Shown: positions 27,872 to 38,447 of the stretch, one piece after another | How the letters are laid out: the number at the start of each line of letters is the position of its first letter | Numbering within the stretch: the first letter of the stretch is position 1 | Assembly: GCA_963830935.1 (NCBI GenBank) | Contig: CAWHOC010000016.1 | Location: 13,852-77,851 of the forward strand | Length of the DNA: 64,000 nt | Direction of reading: 5' to 3' | DNA from: an uncultured bacterium | GTDB lineage: Bacteria; Patescibacteriota; Minisyncoccia; UBA6257; 2-01-FULL-56-20 | Translations under genes and position numbers: made by a program | The notes under the pieces: model-generated | Seen by the model: the letters and a program-made list of their open reading frames with translations, nothing else | Databases searched by the model: none | What the model was told of the DNA's origin: nothing

Positions 27872-30589
27872 CTACCAACGCTCTATCATCAGTATTGTTC
27901 CCGGACGGAAGATCTGCCAGACCTCTTCGGTGATGAACGGCATGAAGGGATGGAGTACGATGAGCGATCCGAGGAGCAGATGCTCAAGGAGGGCATATGA
28001 CTCGCTCTTTTCCGCGTCGGTGCCGTCGGCCAGCGCTTTCTTCTCCGCCTCTATGATCTTGTCGGCGAGCGTGTGCCAGACATAGTGGTAGAGTTTTTCT
28101 CCGGCAAGATGGAATTCAAAATCGTCGATGTGTTTGGTAACCTCCGCCTTCAACGCCGCGAGCTCTTTTATTTCTTCACGCCCGGCGATATGTTTTGCTG
28201 CGCCTGCGGCATCGAACTTCTCCGGCTTGTTCATCTGGATGAAGCGCGCGATGTTCCAGATCTTCGTGGAGAAGTTGCGGTAGCCCCGGACTCGGTCCTC
28301 GGACAACTTGATGTCGTTGCCCGCGGCGGCGCCGATCACGAGCGAGAGGCGAGTGGCGTCCGCGCCGTACTTATCCGCCATCGTGAGCGGGTCGATGATG
28401 TTGCCGAGCGACTTGGACATCTTGCGACCCTTGTCGTCGCGGACGAGACCGTGCAGGTAGACGCGGCGGAAGGGGACGTCGCCCATCAGCACCTCACTCA
28501 TCAGGATCATGCGCGCCACCCAGAAGAAAATGATATCGTAGCCGGTCTCGAGCACGGAGTTCGGGAAGTACGTCGCGAGGTCGTCGGTCTTCTCCGGCCA
28601 GCCGAGCGTGCTGAATGGCCAGAGCCCGGAGGAGAACCACGTGTCGAGCGTGTCGGGGTCCTGCTCATAACGGTCGTGACCACAGGCGGAACATTTATTT
28701 TTTGCGATTTCGATCTCCATGATCGACCCGTTGCTCATCGCGGGCGGTATTTTCCCTTCCGGAAATCCTCGCAGAAATGATGTGAGCGAACCGATGGCAC
28801 CGCCGTGAGTGACAAGAAGAACATTCTTATCTTTATATTTCTTTTGATATTCCTCGAAGGCCTCTTTTACGCGCTTGCTTACGTCGCGCCATGTTTCCAC
28901 GCCACCGCGTTCATTGTCGAGATCGGTTCGGGTCTTATAGGTATCTGGAAATTTCTCCATTACCTCTGTTCTTAGCAGCCCCTCCCACGTTCCCTCGTCC
29001 ATCTCGCGGAGGCGTTTATCGAACATTGGCGTGACACCGACCCTTTCCCCAATAATAGTGGCGGTCTCTTTGCATCGCGAAAGATCGGACGAAATGATGA
29101 CGTCGATATGTTGATTCGCCAACGTTTCGGCGACGGTTCGCACTTGTTCCCGCCCGGTGTCGTTCATCGGGATCTCTCGGTGTCCCATGTATCGCTCCTC
29201 CTTGTTCCAATCGGTCTGACCATGGCGCGTGATAAACCATTTTGATGTTATCTCGGCATTCACTTGCGGCTCGCCGCAGTGCATGCAATACCATACCGGG
29301 ATCCGGTGTCCGAACCAGATCTGGCGTGAGATGCACCAGTCGCGCAGGTTGTCGATCCAGTTGAAATAGATCTTTTCAAATCGCTCCGGCAGAATTTCGA
29401 TGCCGTCGTCCGTGACCGCGGTTTTCATCAACTCCTTTAATGTTTTTTGCTCCTTGCCGAATGGTTTATTGACCGCGATGAACCATTGTAATTTGGGCAA
29501 CGGCTCGATGATGCCGCCGGTACGCTCGGCGGTGGCCACGTTCTGCGTGATCTCTTCTTCTTTTTCTATTAAGCCGTGCTTGCGGAGTTCCTCCGCAGCG
29601 ATCTCTCGTGCTTCGACCGTCTTCTTGCCATGGACGAGGGGATTTTCCACCGTCATCTTTCCGTATTCATCTATTATTTGCTTGAACGGCAGATCGTGAC
29701 GCTCCGCGATCTCCCAGTCGATCATGCTGTGCGCGGGCGTGACGCCGAGCGCACCGGTGCCGAAATCTTTTTCCACGGATTCGTCCGCGATCACTTTTAT
29801 AGAGAGCGGGGTGCCGCAGAAATCCACATCGAATGTTTTACCGACAAATTGTTTGTAGCGCTCGTCGGAAGGATGCACCGCAACGGCGATGTCGCCGAAC
29901 TTTGTTTCAAGGCGCGTGGTGGCGATGGGGATGGGGAACTTCGTGCCGTCGGCGAGCATGCCGTAGCGGAACGTATAGAGTTTTGTTTTGCGCTCCTCGT
30001 AGACGATCTCGTCGTCGGAGATGGTGGTCTGGCCTTTGACATCCCAATTGATCACGCGATGGCCGCGATAGATCAGGCCGAGGTCGTACATCTCCTTGAA
30101 CGCGGTGCGGACGGCGACTTCGCGCTTGTCGTCGAGCGTGTATGCCTCGCGGCCCCAGTCGAGCGATGCGCCCATGCGCTTCACTTGATTGACGATCGTG
30201 TCATGGCTTTCCTGCGCGAACGCGCGAACGCGCTTCAGAAATTCCTCGCGGCCGAGATCGTGGCGATTCTTTCCTTCCGCCTTCACGATATCTTTTTCCA
30301 CTTTCGACTGCGTCGCGATCGCGGCGTGGTCGGTGCCGGGGATCCAAAGCGTGCGCTTACCGTTCATCCGCGCGTAGCGCACCATGATGTCCTCGATCAC
30401 GAGCATCGCCGCGTGGCCCATGTGCAACGTTCCCGTCACATTCGGCGGCGGAAGCACGATGGAGAACGGCTCGGCATCTTTCGCCGTTACGCCTTTCTCG
30501 ATGCAGACATCGGGATCGAAATATCCCGCCTCTTCCCACATTTTATAAATACGGGATTCGACTTCGTTCACGTCGTAGCGGGGTTCCAT
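27872..30589 (-). CDS. valS: valyl-tRNA synthetase with a complete histidine-phosphatase (PGAM-like, RHG...H) domain inserted into the zinc knuckle
   Basis: HMGHA, editing domain TRLETKFGD / GTGALGVTPAH, KMSKSLGN. Between VWYCMHCGEP and CSACGH...DTLDTWFSSGLWPFSTLGWP lies FITRHGQTDWN...LLVTHGGAIGSL, ~190 aa. The insert DNA is ~50% GC versus ~60% for the rest. Confidence 0.75.
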   Translation of the reverse strand: MEPRYDVNEVESRIYKMWEEAGYFDPDVCIEKGVTAKDAEPFSIVLPPPNVTGTLHMGHAAMLVIEDIMVRYARMNGKRTLWIPGTDHAAIATQSKVEKDIVKAEGKNRHDLGREEFLKRVRAFAQESHDTIVNQVKRMGASLDWGREAYTLDDKREVAVRTAFKEMYDLGLIYRGHRVINWDVKGQTTISDDEIVYEERKTKLYTFRYGMLADGTKFPIPIATTRLETKFGDIAVAVHPSDERYKQFVGKTFDVDFCGTPLSIKVIADESVEKDFGTGALGVTPAHSMIDWEIAERHDLPFKQIIDEYGKMTVENPLVHGKKTVEAREIAAEELRKHGLIEKEEEITQNVATAERTGGIIEPLPKLQWFIAVNKPFGKEQKTLKELMKTAVTDDGIEILPERFEKIYFNWIDNLRDWCISRQIWFGHRIPVWYCMHCGEPQVNAEITSKWFITRHGQTDWNKEERYMGHREIPMNDTGREQVRTVAETLANQHIDVIISSDLSRCKETATIIGERVGVTPMFDKRLREMDEGTWEGLLRTEVMEKFPDTYKTRTDLDNERGGVETWRDVSKRVKEAFEEYQKKYKDKNVLLVTHGGAIGSLTSFLRGFPEGKIPPAMSNGSIMEIEIAKNKCSACGHDRYEQDPDTLDTWFSSGLWPFSTLGWPEKTDDLATYFPNSVLETGYDIIFFWVARMILMSEVLMGDVPFRRVYLHGLVRDDKGRKMSKSLGNIIDPLTMADKYGADATRLSLVIGAAAGNDIKLSEDRVRGYRNFSTKIWNIARFIQMNKPEKFDAAGAAKHIAGREEIKELAALKAEVTKHIDDFEFHLAGEKLYHYVWHTLADKIIEAEKKALADGTDAEKSESYALLEHLLLGSLIVLHPFMPFITEEVWQIFRPGTILMIERW

Positions 30590-30664
30590 AATGTTGGATT
30601 ATAGGGTATAATAGAGAAAAGAAAAGGTCGTGATTGTTTTAACGAGTTTTTAACGTCATTAAAA

Positions 30665-31003
30665 ATGGCTGAAGAAAGGGACGGAAAGATAATTTCGACA
30701 GGGAACACGACGTGCGCGTGCGGTCCCGGATGCGTCTGCGGGTGCGGGCATCATTGCATGCATCGCGTGCTGTGGTGGATCGTGGGCATCGTGGCGCTCA
30801 TCATTGTGTTCTGCCTCGGCGTGAAGGCGGGAGAGTTCAGTGATGCATTGCATAGCATGTACGGCGGCTATTACCGCGACTATCCGGTGATGACCCGGGT
30901 GTACAACAGCGGATATGGCGACGGCGGTGTCGCGGTGCCGGTGACGGGCAGCGCTGCGGGCGGTGCCACGGGCACTTCGGGCGCAGTTCCGGCCGGGCAG
31001 TAG
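30665..31003 (+). CDS. small Cys/His-rich membrane protein (possible metal-binding)
   Basis: CACGPGCVCGCGHHCMH followed by one TM helix and a Gly-rich tail. Confidence 0.4.
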   Translation: MAEERDGKIISTGNTTCACGPGCVCGCGHHCMHRVLWWIVGIVALIIVFCLGVKAGEFSDALHSMYGGYYRDYPVMTRVYNSGYGDGGVAVPVTGSAAGGATGTSGAVPAGQ

Positions 31004-31091
31004 TTCCGGTCATTTGATCGAATATCGAATAAAAACCCCTCGCTCCGGCGGGGGATTTTTATATCCATCGTTTTTCCGCTACACTATCTTC

Positions 31092-32223
31092 ATGATCGAG
31101 TTCACGGTATTAAAAAAATCTAAAAAATCCGCGGCGCGGCTTGGGGTTTTGAAGACGCCGCACGGCGAAGTTATGACGCCCGCGATCGTGCCGGTGGCCA
31201 CGCTTGCGGCGGTAAAGGCCCTACGCAGTGATGAGATCGCGGCGACGGGAACGCAGCTCCTCATCTCAAACACGTATCATTTGCACCTCCAGCCGGGTGA
31301 AAAGATAGTGAAGGCCGCGGGTGGCATCAATAAGTTCATGAATTGGCCGAAGCCCACGATGACGGATTCCGGCGGCTTTCAAGTATTCTCGCTTGGCTTC
31401 GGGCGCGATCTCGGCGTCGGCAAGATCGCCATCAAGCAATATCCGGGCAAGTTGGAACGGGCGATCGAGAAGGGCAACCAGCCGAGCAACGTGAAGATCA
31501 CGGAAGACGGCGTGGAGTTCCGCTCGCCACTCACGGGCGAGAAAATGTTCCTGGGGGCGGAGAGTCCATGGACATACAGAACGACGCTCGGCGCGGACAT
31601 CATGTTCGCGTTTGACGAATGTCCGCCGCCGGGTGCCACGCATGAATATGTGAAACAGTCGCTCGCGCGGACGCACCGCTGGGCAAAGCGTTCGCTCGCG
31701 GCGCACAAGACAAATCAGGCCCTGTACGGCATCATGCAGGGTTCACGAGTTCGAGGATCTACGGAAATCGAGCGCGCGGGCGATTGCGCGGATGTCATTT
31801 GACGGTTACGGCATCGGCGGAGATATCGGGGAATCGGCGATCGAGCTGAAGAAGGCGCTCCTGTGGACGATCCCGCTTCTCGATCAACGCAAGCCGCGCC
31901 ACTTGCTTGGTATCGGACACATGGCGGACATCGAGCCGATCATAAAGCGTGGCGTGGATACGTTCGACATCACGGTGCCGACGCACTACGCGCGGCGCGG
32001 TATCGCGTTCACGAGCAAGGGTCGCGTAGATTTCGGCAAAGCGGCGCTGCTCAAAGATAAAGGCCCGATCGACGCATCGTGCGAGTGTTTGATCTGCCAG
32101 AAATATCAGCGCGCCTACATCGCGCACCTCGTACGCGCGAACGAGATCACCGGCGGTGCATTACTCACATTTCACAATCTATTTTTCTTCAACGCGTACG
32201 TGGCGAAGGTGCGCGAAAAATAG
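31092..32223 (+). CDS. tgt: queuine tRNA-ribosyltransferase; one frame break ~31755
   Basis: TDSGGFQ, ALYGIMQG, then FDGYGIGG and the zinc site CECLIC in the next frame. Confidence 0.75.
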
Positions 32224-32244
32224 CGAGGGGAGTATTATAAGGTC

Positions 32245-32969
32245 ATGGCGATGAAATTCATTCCGGTAAAGACGCGAAGGGTCCTGCCGCCGAAAGACGA
32301 TATCTATCCGATACTCGACGACTTCCTGCCCAAACTCCGCGAGGGGGACATCATTTTCATCACTTCAAAAATTTTGGCGATTCATCAAGGGCGGTGCGTA
32401 AAGATGCGGCCGGGATTAAAAAAGGAAACGTTGATCAAGCGCGAAGCGGAGCGGTACGCCCACAGCCATCTCAAATCGTGGAAAAATCTTTACATCACGG
32501 TAAAAGGGCACACGCTCATTGCGAACGCGGGCATCGACGAGAGCAACGCGAATGGGTATTACATTTTGTGGCCGAGCCGGCCGTCCGCGCTCGCAAAGAG
32601 ATTCGCGCGTATTTAAAAAAGAAAAATAAGATCAAGAACCTTGCGGTCGTCGTGACGGACAGTCATATCATCCCACTCCGCCACGGTACGATGGGAATTT
32701 CGATCGGGTTCTACGGCATGGAGCCGCTCTATGATTATCGCGGCGTGCCGGACATCTTTGGACGATTGCTCCAGCACACTACCAAAAACATCGTCGATGG
32801 ATTATCATCCATGGCAGTACTGCTCATGGGCGAAGGCAGTGAACGGACGCCGATCATGCTGTTGCGCGGCGCGAAGTTCGTTGTTTTCACCGATAAGGAT
32901 ACCTATCGAGCATCGGTCGTCGATCCAAAGAACGATCTCTATTCACCGCTTTGGAAGGAGTTTAAATGA
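32245..32969 (+). CDS. CofE/F420-0:gamma-glutamyl ligase-family protein; one frame break ~32590
   Basis: TSKILAIHQGR...LIANAGIDESNA...VVVTDSH resembles PF01996. Confidence 0.45.
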
Positions 32970-33590
32970 GACAATTTCCCACGTTGTCGCTTTCGCGATA
33001 CAAACGAGCGATGGCTTTATCGCGCTCCACCCTGGACATTCCACCGTTGAATGGAGAAGCAGTGCCAATGCGGAATTCTTTGACCGAACGTCTAGACGGC
33101 CTGACCGAGCCGGACGTCATCGTGGTGGGTAACACCACGTACAATGAGGTCATTCAAGCGGCTGTCAAAAAGAAATTGCATCGTGTTCACGCGTTCCGTC
33201 CTCGACCGTCAGAGACGCGGTTCACGAAACATTGCTCCTATTGCAATCCCGAGGGAATGTCGCTTGCGTCGATCCTCGAGGATTATGGACAAGGTCGCGC
33301 TTTCGGAGGAACGCAGGTCTACACCTACTTTCTCGAATAGCGACCTGATCGATGAACTCTATCTCACGATCGAGCCAGTGGACTTTCGGAGATGGATTGA
33401 CGTCTCCTTGAGCGCCCGCGACGACATCAAAACGCTAAATTCCGGAGTCGAATCGTATCAGTCGATGAACGAGGAGGGGACATTTCTCCGCCATTACGAA
33501 CCGGAGAACTCCATAACGAGCCCACCAAACGGGCTTTGCAGCAAAAGTTTGAGAACAGGTTATGTAACTTTTCCCGTTTGGGGGTCGTAG
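32965..33590 (+). pseudogene. RibD-C-terminal/DHFR-like reductase, at least 4 frame breaks in ~650 bp
   Basis: Homologous pieces in three frames: ISHVVAFAIQTSDGFIA, PDVIVVGNTTYNEV, RNCIVFTRSV, ASILEDYGQGRAFGGTQVYTYFLE, DLIDELYLTIEPV. Confidence 0.5.
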
Positions 33591-33934
33591 TAATATGCAG
33601 GTCGAGCAAAGGTCGTGCTCACATATAAATTCAAACAAATCGTTACGATTATGCTTCAGAGAAACGGCAAAAGGGGAATATACACCCACCATGCTCTCCT
33701 CAGGGACCTTTCAGAGATAAAGGAAGTGCTCAAGGTGGAATCGCAGCTCATCAGAGAACTCATCAAAATGGCAATCGCACGGCAGACCGCAGGTTTTGAA
33801 TTTGGATTCTAGAAACGAGATCATATATCAATGGAATAAAAGGCCGCTCTCAGTGTGGGGAGCGGCCTTTTTGGTTTCGGGATTCATTAAATTAGGATTA
33901 TAATAAGGTTAAATAATTCCTCATCCCTCCCTCC

Positions 33935-34699
33935 ATGTCCAAGTACTACAACCCTCAGCGGTCACGCAATATCTTCGACCCGAAATCGCACGAGTCGTTC
34001 ACGGTCAGCCGGAGCGGCATCGATCTCTTCGTGCAGTGCCCGCGATGCTTTTATATAGACAAGCGCCTCGGCACCGGGCGCCCGCCGGGATATCCGTTCA
34101 GCTTGAACAGCGCCGTGGACGCGCTCCTTAAAAAAGAATTTGATATCCATCGCGCGGCGGGGAGTGTGCATCCGTTGATGAAAGAGTTCGACATCGACGC
34201 GATCCCGTACGCGCACAAAGAGCTCGACGCGTGGCGCGATTCGCTACGCCGCGGGATCCAATTTTTGCACGAGCCGACGAACCTGCTCATCCGCGGTGGC
34301 GTGGACGACGTGTGGGTGGCGCCGACGGGGGAGTTGATCATCGTGGATTACAAGGCGACGTCAAAGACGGAAGAGGTGTCGCTCGACGCCGAGTGGCAGG
34401 ATGGCTACAAGCGGCAGATGGAGATCTACCAGTGGCTGTTCCGTAAGAACGGTTTCAAGGTCTCGCCGATCGGCTATTTTGTGTATTGCAACGGCGATGC
34501 GGACGCGCCCGCGTTCGATGGCCGCCTTGAGTTCGACATCAAAGTGATCCCGTACGTTGGCAACACGGATTGGGTGGAGCAGACGATTGTGAACATGAAA
34601 AAATGTTTGATGGACCCGGAGATCCCCGCCGCGAGTGTCGAATGTGATTACTGCGCGTATTTCAATAAGCGCACGCAGCACGAGAAAGCGAAAAAATAG
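33935..34699 (+). CDS. Cas4-like PD-(D/E)xK nuclease (DUF83) with Fe-S cysteines; no cas genes nearby
   Basis: N-terminal CPRCFY; ELIIVDYKATSK (D.K); QMEIYQWLF (QxxxY); C-terminal CDYCAY. Confidence 0.6.
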   Translation: MSKYYNPQRSRNIFDPKSHESFTVSRSGIDLFVQCPRCFYIDKRLGTGRPPGYPFSLNSAVDALLKKEFDIHRAAGSVHPLMKEFDIDAIPYAHKELDAWRDSLRRGIQFLHEPTNLLIRGGVDDVWVAPTGELIIVDYKATSKTEEVSLDAEWQDGYKRQMEIYQWLFRKNGFKVSPIGYFVYCNGDADAPAFDGRLEFDIKVIPYVGNTDWVEQTIVNMKKCLMDPEIPAASVECDYCAYFNKRTQHEKAKK

Positions 34700-34896
34700 T
34701 TGGGTGGGCATTACTCACTGCCATGCCATCACTGCTATTCATTGATTAGTGGACATATCGCAAATATGCTTATGTTTTCTACATTTTGAAATCACAAACT
34801 GTGATTTCAAAATGTAGATATCGCTTAGCTATTGCGCGATTGCGTGATAGTGTTATTCGAGCAACAGACGTCACACTTTTGTACTATAATCAATGT

Positions 34897-36159
34897 ATGG
34901 CATTGAACCTCACCGAAGAAAAGATATTCACGATCGCGGAATACATCGAGATCCTCAATGTATTTTTCAAATCGCAGTCCGCGCGGATCATTGGTGAGAT
35001 CAGCGAGCTCAAGCGTGCCGCGAGCGGGCATGTGTACTTCAGCGTCAAAGACAAAGAGAATCCCGGCATCGCTCGACTGCGATCATGTGGGCGCGGAACT
35101 ATCAGCTGTGCGGCATCGCACTCGAGGTTGGCATGGAGGTTATCTTGAACGGCCATCCGAACGTGTATCCGAATAACGGGCGGCTGTCGTTCGTAGCGGA
35201 CACGGTGGAGCTGGTGGGTGAGGGCGCTTTGAAGAAAGCGTACGACGATCTGCGCCGTAAGCTGGAAGCGGAGGGCGTTTTTGCCGCGGCGCGCAAGCGC
35301 GTGCTGCCGGATTACATTCAGCGCATCGGCGTCATCACTTCCATGAAGGGCGCGGTCATCCACGATTTTGAAAATAATTTGGGAAAGTTTGGATTCACAG
35401 GTGAATGTGATCGACTCGCGTGTGGAAGGCGCACAGGCGGCCGCACCGTTGCTCGCGGCGATCCGCGCAATGCGGGAAATGGTGGAAGACACGGGCTCGC
35501 GCGGCACGGGCATTGAGGCGCTCGTGATCATCCGCGGCGGCGGGTCGCTCGAGTCATTGCAGGCGTTCAACAATGAGGCGCTCGTGCGCGAGGTCATTGA
35601 TTTCCCGGTGCCCGTGATCGCGGGCATCGGCCATGATCAGGATGTACCGCTCATGGCGCTCGCCGCGGATTACATGACGAGCACGCCGACCGCCGCCGCG
35701 CACTTGCTCAGCAGGTCATGGCAGGAGGCATATGCGAAGGTTGCCGCCTTCGCTGGCTTACTCGACCGTTTTCCGATGGAGCTTCAGCGCGTGGAGAACG
35801 CGCTCACGAACACGTGGGATGGTCTCGTCAACTTATTTGAGCGATCGCTTGAAGGTGCGAAAGCCACGCTCGCGCTCGGTGCTCAGGCCATCAAGCACAA
35901 CGATCCGTCGCGGCAGCTGGCGCTCGGCTATTCTATCGCGCGAAGAAATGGTAAAGTAGTGCGGAGCACGGCCGGGCTGCGCGCGGGCGACGAGATGTCG
36001 CTCACCGTCAGCGACGGCGAGATTGGCTCCGTTATAAAAAATATTCAGCAGAGTACTACTCATGGCAAAGAACACAAAGCAATCGGAGGCGGCGGCGCAA
36101 AAACCGCACGACTTAAAAAAGTATCTGGAGGACATCAAGAAGATCTCGGACTGGTTTGA
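34897..36159 (+). CDS. xseA: exodeoxyribonuclease VII large subunit; at least 2 frame breaks (~35075, ~35400); 3' end uncertain
   Basis: OB-fold N-terminus ...GEISELKRAASGHVYFSVKD...; catalytic domain in later frames; followed by xseB. Confidence 0.65.
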
Positions 36160-36298
36160 GGAACAGGAAGAGATCGATCTTGAGGAAGCGCTCGTCAAGA
36201 TCCGCGAAGCGGGGGAGTTGATCAAGTTGAGCAAAGATCGTTTGGTGGAGGTTGAAAACGAGTTTAAGGAGATCAAAACGAAGATAGAGAACGAATAA
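36062..36298 (+). CDS. xseB: exodeoxyribonuclease VII small subunit
   Basis: 78-aa coiled-coil protein; LEEALVKIREAGELIK pattern; directly after xseA. Confidence 0.7.
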   Translation: MAKNTKQSEAAAQKPHDLKKYLEDIKKISDWFEEQEEIDLEEALVKIREAGELIKLSKDRLVEVENEFKEIKTKIENE

Positions 36299-36320
36299 AA
36301 AACATTAAATTTTTTACACT

Positions 36321-36815
36321 ATGATTTCAACCAAGGAATTGTTCTTGAAGGAGTTCGATCGGGAGATGGTGACGACCCGCAAAGTCTTGGAGCGCGTACC
36401 GTTCGACAAGTTCGATTGGGTCCCGCACGCGAAGTCCACGCCGCTTGGCCGGCTTGCAAATCACGTGGCGACGCTTCCGCGCTTCGTGCCGCACGTCATC
36501 GATGAAGATAAATTTATGATGACGCGCACGGGGCCGCTTGATGTGAAATCTACGGCGGACATCGTCGCCGCGTTCGACGACCTCGCCACAAAGGCGCGCA
36601 CGTCGCTCGCGGGAACAACGGACGAGCATCTCGCCGGACAGTGGGAAATGCTCTTCGGTGAGCAATCGTTCTTTAAAGGGCCGCGCGCCGAGGCCTATCA
36701 GTCGCTCTTTATGGACCATCTGATCCATCATCGCGCCCAGCTTGGCGTGTATCTCCGGCTGAACGATGTGCCCATTCCGGGTTCATATGGGCCGTCCGCG
36801 GACGAGCCAATGTAA
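36321..36815 (+). CDS. DinB/YfiT-like (DinB_2) protein
   Basis: His-rich pattern ...HVATLP...HLIHHRAQL. Confidence 0.5.
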   Translation: MISTKELFLKEFDREMVTTRKVLERVPFDKFDWVPHAKSTPLGRLANHVATLPRFVPHVIDEDKFMMTRTGPLDVKSTADIVAAFDDLATKARTSLAGTTDEHLAGQWEMLFGEQSFFKGPRAEAYQSLFMDHLIHHRAQLGVYLRLNDVPIPGSYGPSADEPM

Positions 36816-36825
36816 ATAAAAAAAC

Positions 36826-36880
36826 CGCCTGTTCGCCTCCAGGCAGATGACCGTTCGGCGAAGGGGTATTTTTTGCACGC
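36826..36880. repeat. family A repeat copy 1 (core CGCCTCCAGGCAGATGACCGTTCGGCG) just after the DinB-like gene
   Basis: Core recurs at 51407-51433 and diverged at 48904-48920; the reverse complement sits at 49080-49105. Confidence 0.6.
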
Positions 36881-36926
36881 CTATTTAGTGGAAGCGGCGT
36901 CTTTGTCGCGGGCGGTTTTGAGCGCT

Positions 36927-37466
36927 TCACCCCACCAGGTGAGCTGGTCGAGCATTTGATCCGCGGTGGCATTTGCCGAAGAAGATCGGTCGTGCCATCG
37001 GCGTTTTTGGAAGCAGCCACGGGGTTACGATCATTGCCGCAGCACGCACGGTCGCCACATGGACCTCGGGGAATACCTGCCGGAGTTGTTCCACGGCACG
37101 CGCGCCGCCGACCGTTCCGTACGCCACGAATCCCACCACTTTCCTGTTCCACTCGGGTCCGACCCAATCGATCGCGTTCTTGAGGACGGCCGAAGTGCCG
37201 TGATTGTATTCGGGCGTGACGATGATAAAGGCGTCGCTCTCCGCGATCTTTGCCGTCCACTTTTGTACGGCCGGATCGGCGTACGGTTCTTTTTTGCTGG
37301 ACGGCGTCGCCGCCGCGTTGAAGAAGGGGAGCGGATAATCGCGGAGATCGAGAAGCTCGACGTCCAGCCCGGGTTTCGCCTTCGCTTTTTCCGTGATCCA
37401 CTTCGCCGGCTGTTCGCCGAATCGCCCTTCTCGCGTGCTTCCGAGGATGACTTTTATTTTTAACAT
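36927..37466 (-). CDS. NADPH-dependent FMN reductase-family flavoprotein
   Basis: MLKIKVILGSTREGRF...FIIVTPEYNHG pattern. Confidence 0.6.
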   Translation of the reverse strand: MLKIKVILGSTREGRFGEQPAKWITEKAKAKPGLDVELLDLRDYPLPFFNAAATPSSKKEPYADPAVQKWTAKIAESDAFIIVTPEYNHGTSAVLKNAIDWVGPEWNRKVVGFVAYGTVGGARAVEQLRQVFPEVHVATVRAAAMIVTPWLLPKTPMARPIFFGKCHRGSNARPAHLVG

Positions 37467-37470
37467 GGTT

Positions 37471-37767
37471 TTAATGTTTCTTTTTCTTTTGTTTTTGCAT
37501 ATCGCTGACTAAATTGTGGAGGAGTTTGAGCGTGTACTCCGTGTTCACCGCGTAGAACACCTCCTTGCCGCGCCGCTCGTCGATCACAAGGTCGCAGGCC
37601 TTGAGCGTCTTCAGGTGTTGCGACACGGCCGGTTGGGAAAGTTTGACGATGCGCGTAAGCTCGTTCACCGTCTTGCGGCCTTTGATCAACGCTTCCACGA
37701 TCCGGTACCGCGCGGCATTCCCGACCCCCTTGCCAAACTTATTTATCTCCTTGCACAGATCAGACAT
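37471..37767 (-). CDS. ArsR-family transcriptional regulator
   Basis: wHTH ...LTRIVKLSQPAVSQHLKTLKACDLV. Confidence 0.7.
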   Translation of the reverse strand: MSDLCKEINKFGKGVGNAARYRIVEALIKGRKTVNELTRIVKLSQPAVSQHLKTLKACDLVIDERRGKEVFYAVNTEYTLKLLHNLVSDMQKQKKKKH

Positions 37768-37802
37768 ATTTAGATATTAGCATATGCTTATATGAGGTCA
37801 AG

Positions 37803-37911
37803 GGGCCGCTTGATGCCATTTCTCGGGTATGGCGTCGCGTTCTACTGAACGCGCGCTTCGGCTCTCGCCGCCTTCGCGGCTCCGAGACGCCCCTCGAAAC
37901 GGCATCTTCGC
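37803..37911. repeat. family B repeat copy 1 (core GGCTCTCGCCGCCTTCGCGGCTCCGAGAC) with imperfect ~24-bp terminal inverted repeats
   Basis: Core is identical to 55843-55871 and the reverse complement is related to 48855-48885. Flanks ggccgcttgatgccatttctcggg and cccctcgaaacggcatcttcgcggcc are inverted. Confidence 0.6.
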
Positions 37912-37923
37912 GGCCTAGTAAAA

Positions 37924-38205
37924 TTGAGATATAATAAAACGATGCCAGAAACACAATGCACCCACCGTGACCAGATCCGCGACGTCCATCCGAAGGACAT
38001 CACGGTGTGCGAGGAGTGTATAAAGACGGGGGACACATGGGTAAATCTGCGCATGTGCCTCACGTGCGGGCACGTCGGATGCTGTGATAGTTCCAAGAAC
38101 AAGCACGCGACGAAACATTTCAAGGCGACGGGCCATCCGATCATGAAATCGGTGTCGCCGGGCGAGGAATTCACGTGGTGCTATATCGATAAGGTCTATT
38201 TATAA
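37924..38205 (+). CDS. zinc-finger UBP-type (zf-UBP) domain protein
   Basis: C.H....C..C......W.CL.CG.V.C......HA..H.....HP pattern. Confidence 0.55.
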   Translation: MRYNKTMPETQCTHRDQIRDVHPKDITVCEECIKTGDTWVNLRMCLTCGHVGCCDSSKNKHATKHFKATGHPIMKSVSPGEEFTWCYIDKVYL

Positions 38206-38225
38206 AAATCTGCTAAAATAAAACT

Positions 38226-38447
38226 ATGAAAAAAACATTAACAGTATTGGCGGTCATTTTCGGGATCGGGTTCGTGGCGCTTGCGATCTATTACTGGGTG
38301 ACGCCGGCAGATATGCTGCCGATGTTCGTTCCCGGCTATGACGCGGCGATGACAACGCCGCACGTGAAGCATGGCATCGCGTCGCTCGTCGTCGGTCTTG
38401 CGCTGCTCGTTTACGCCTGGTTCGCGAGCGCGAAGAAAGTTTCGTAA
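38226..38447 (+). CDS. small two-TM membrane protein
   Basis: ORF with two hydrophobic helices. Confidence 0.4.
   Translation: MKKTLTVLAVIFGIGFVALAIYYWVTPADMLPMFVPGYDAAMTTPHVKHGIASLVVGLALLVYAWFASAKKVS

Noticed and set aside
28560-29240. Intein in ValRS
   Set aside because: The insert has RHG...H phosphatase motifs, not intein blocks (no N-terminal Cys/Ser splice residue context, no HN C-terminal block).
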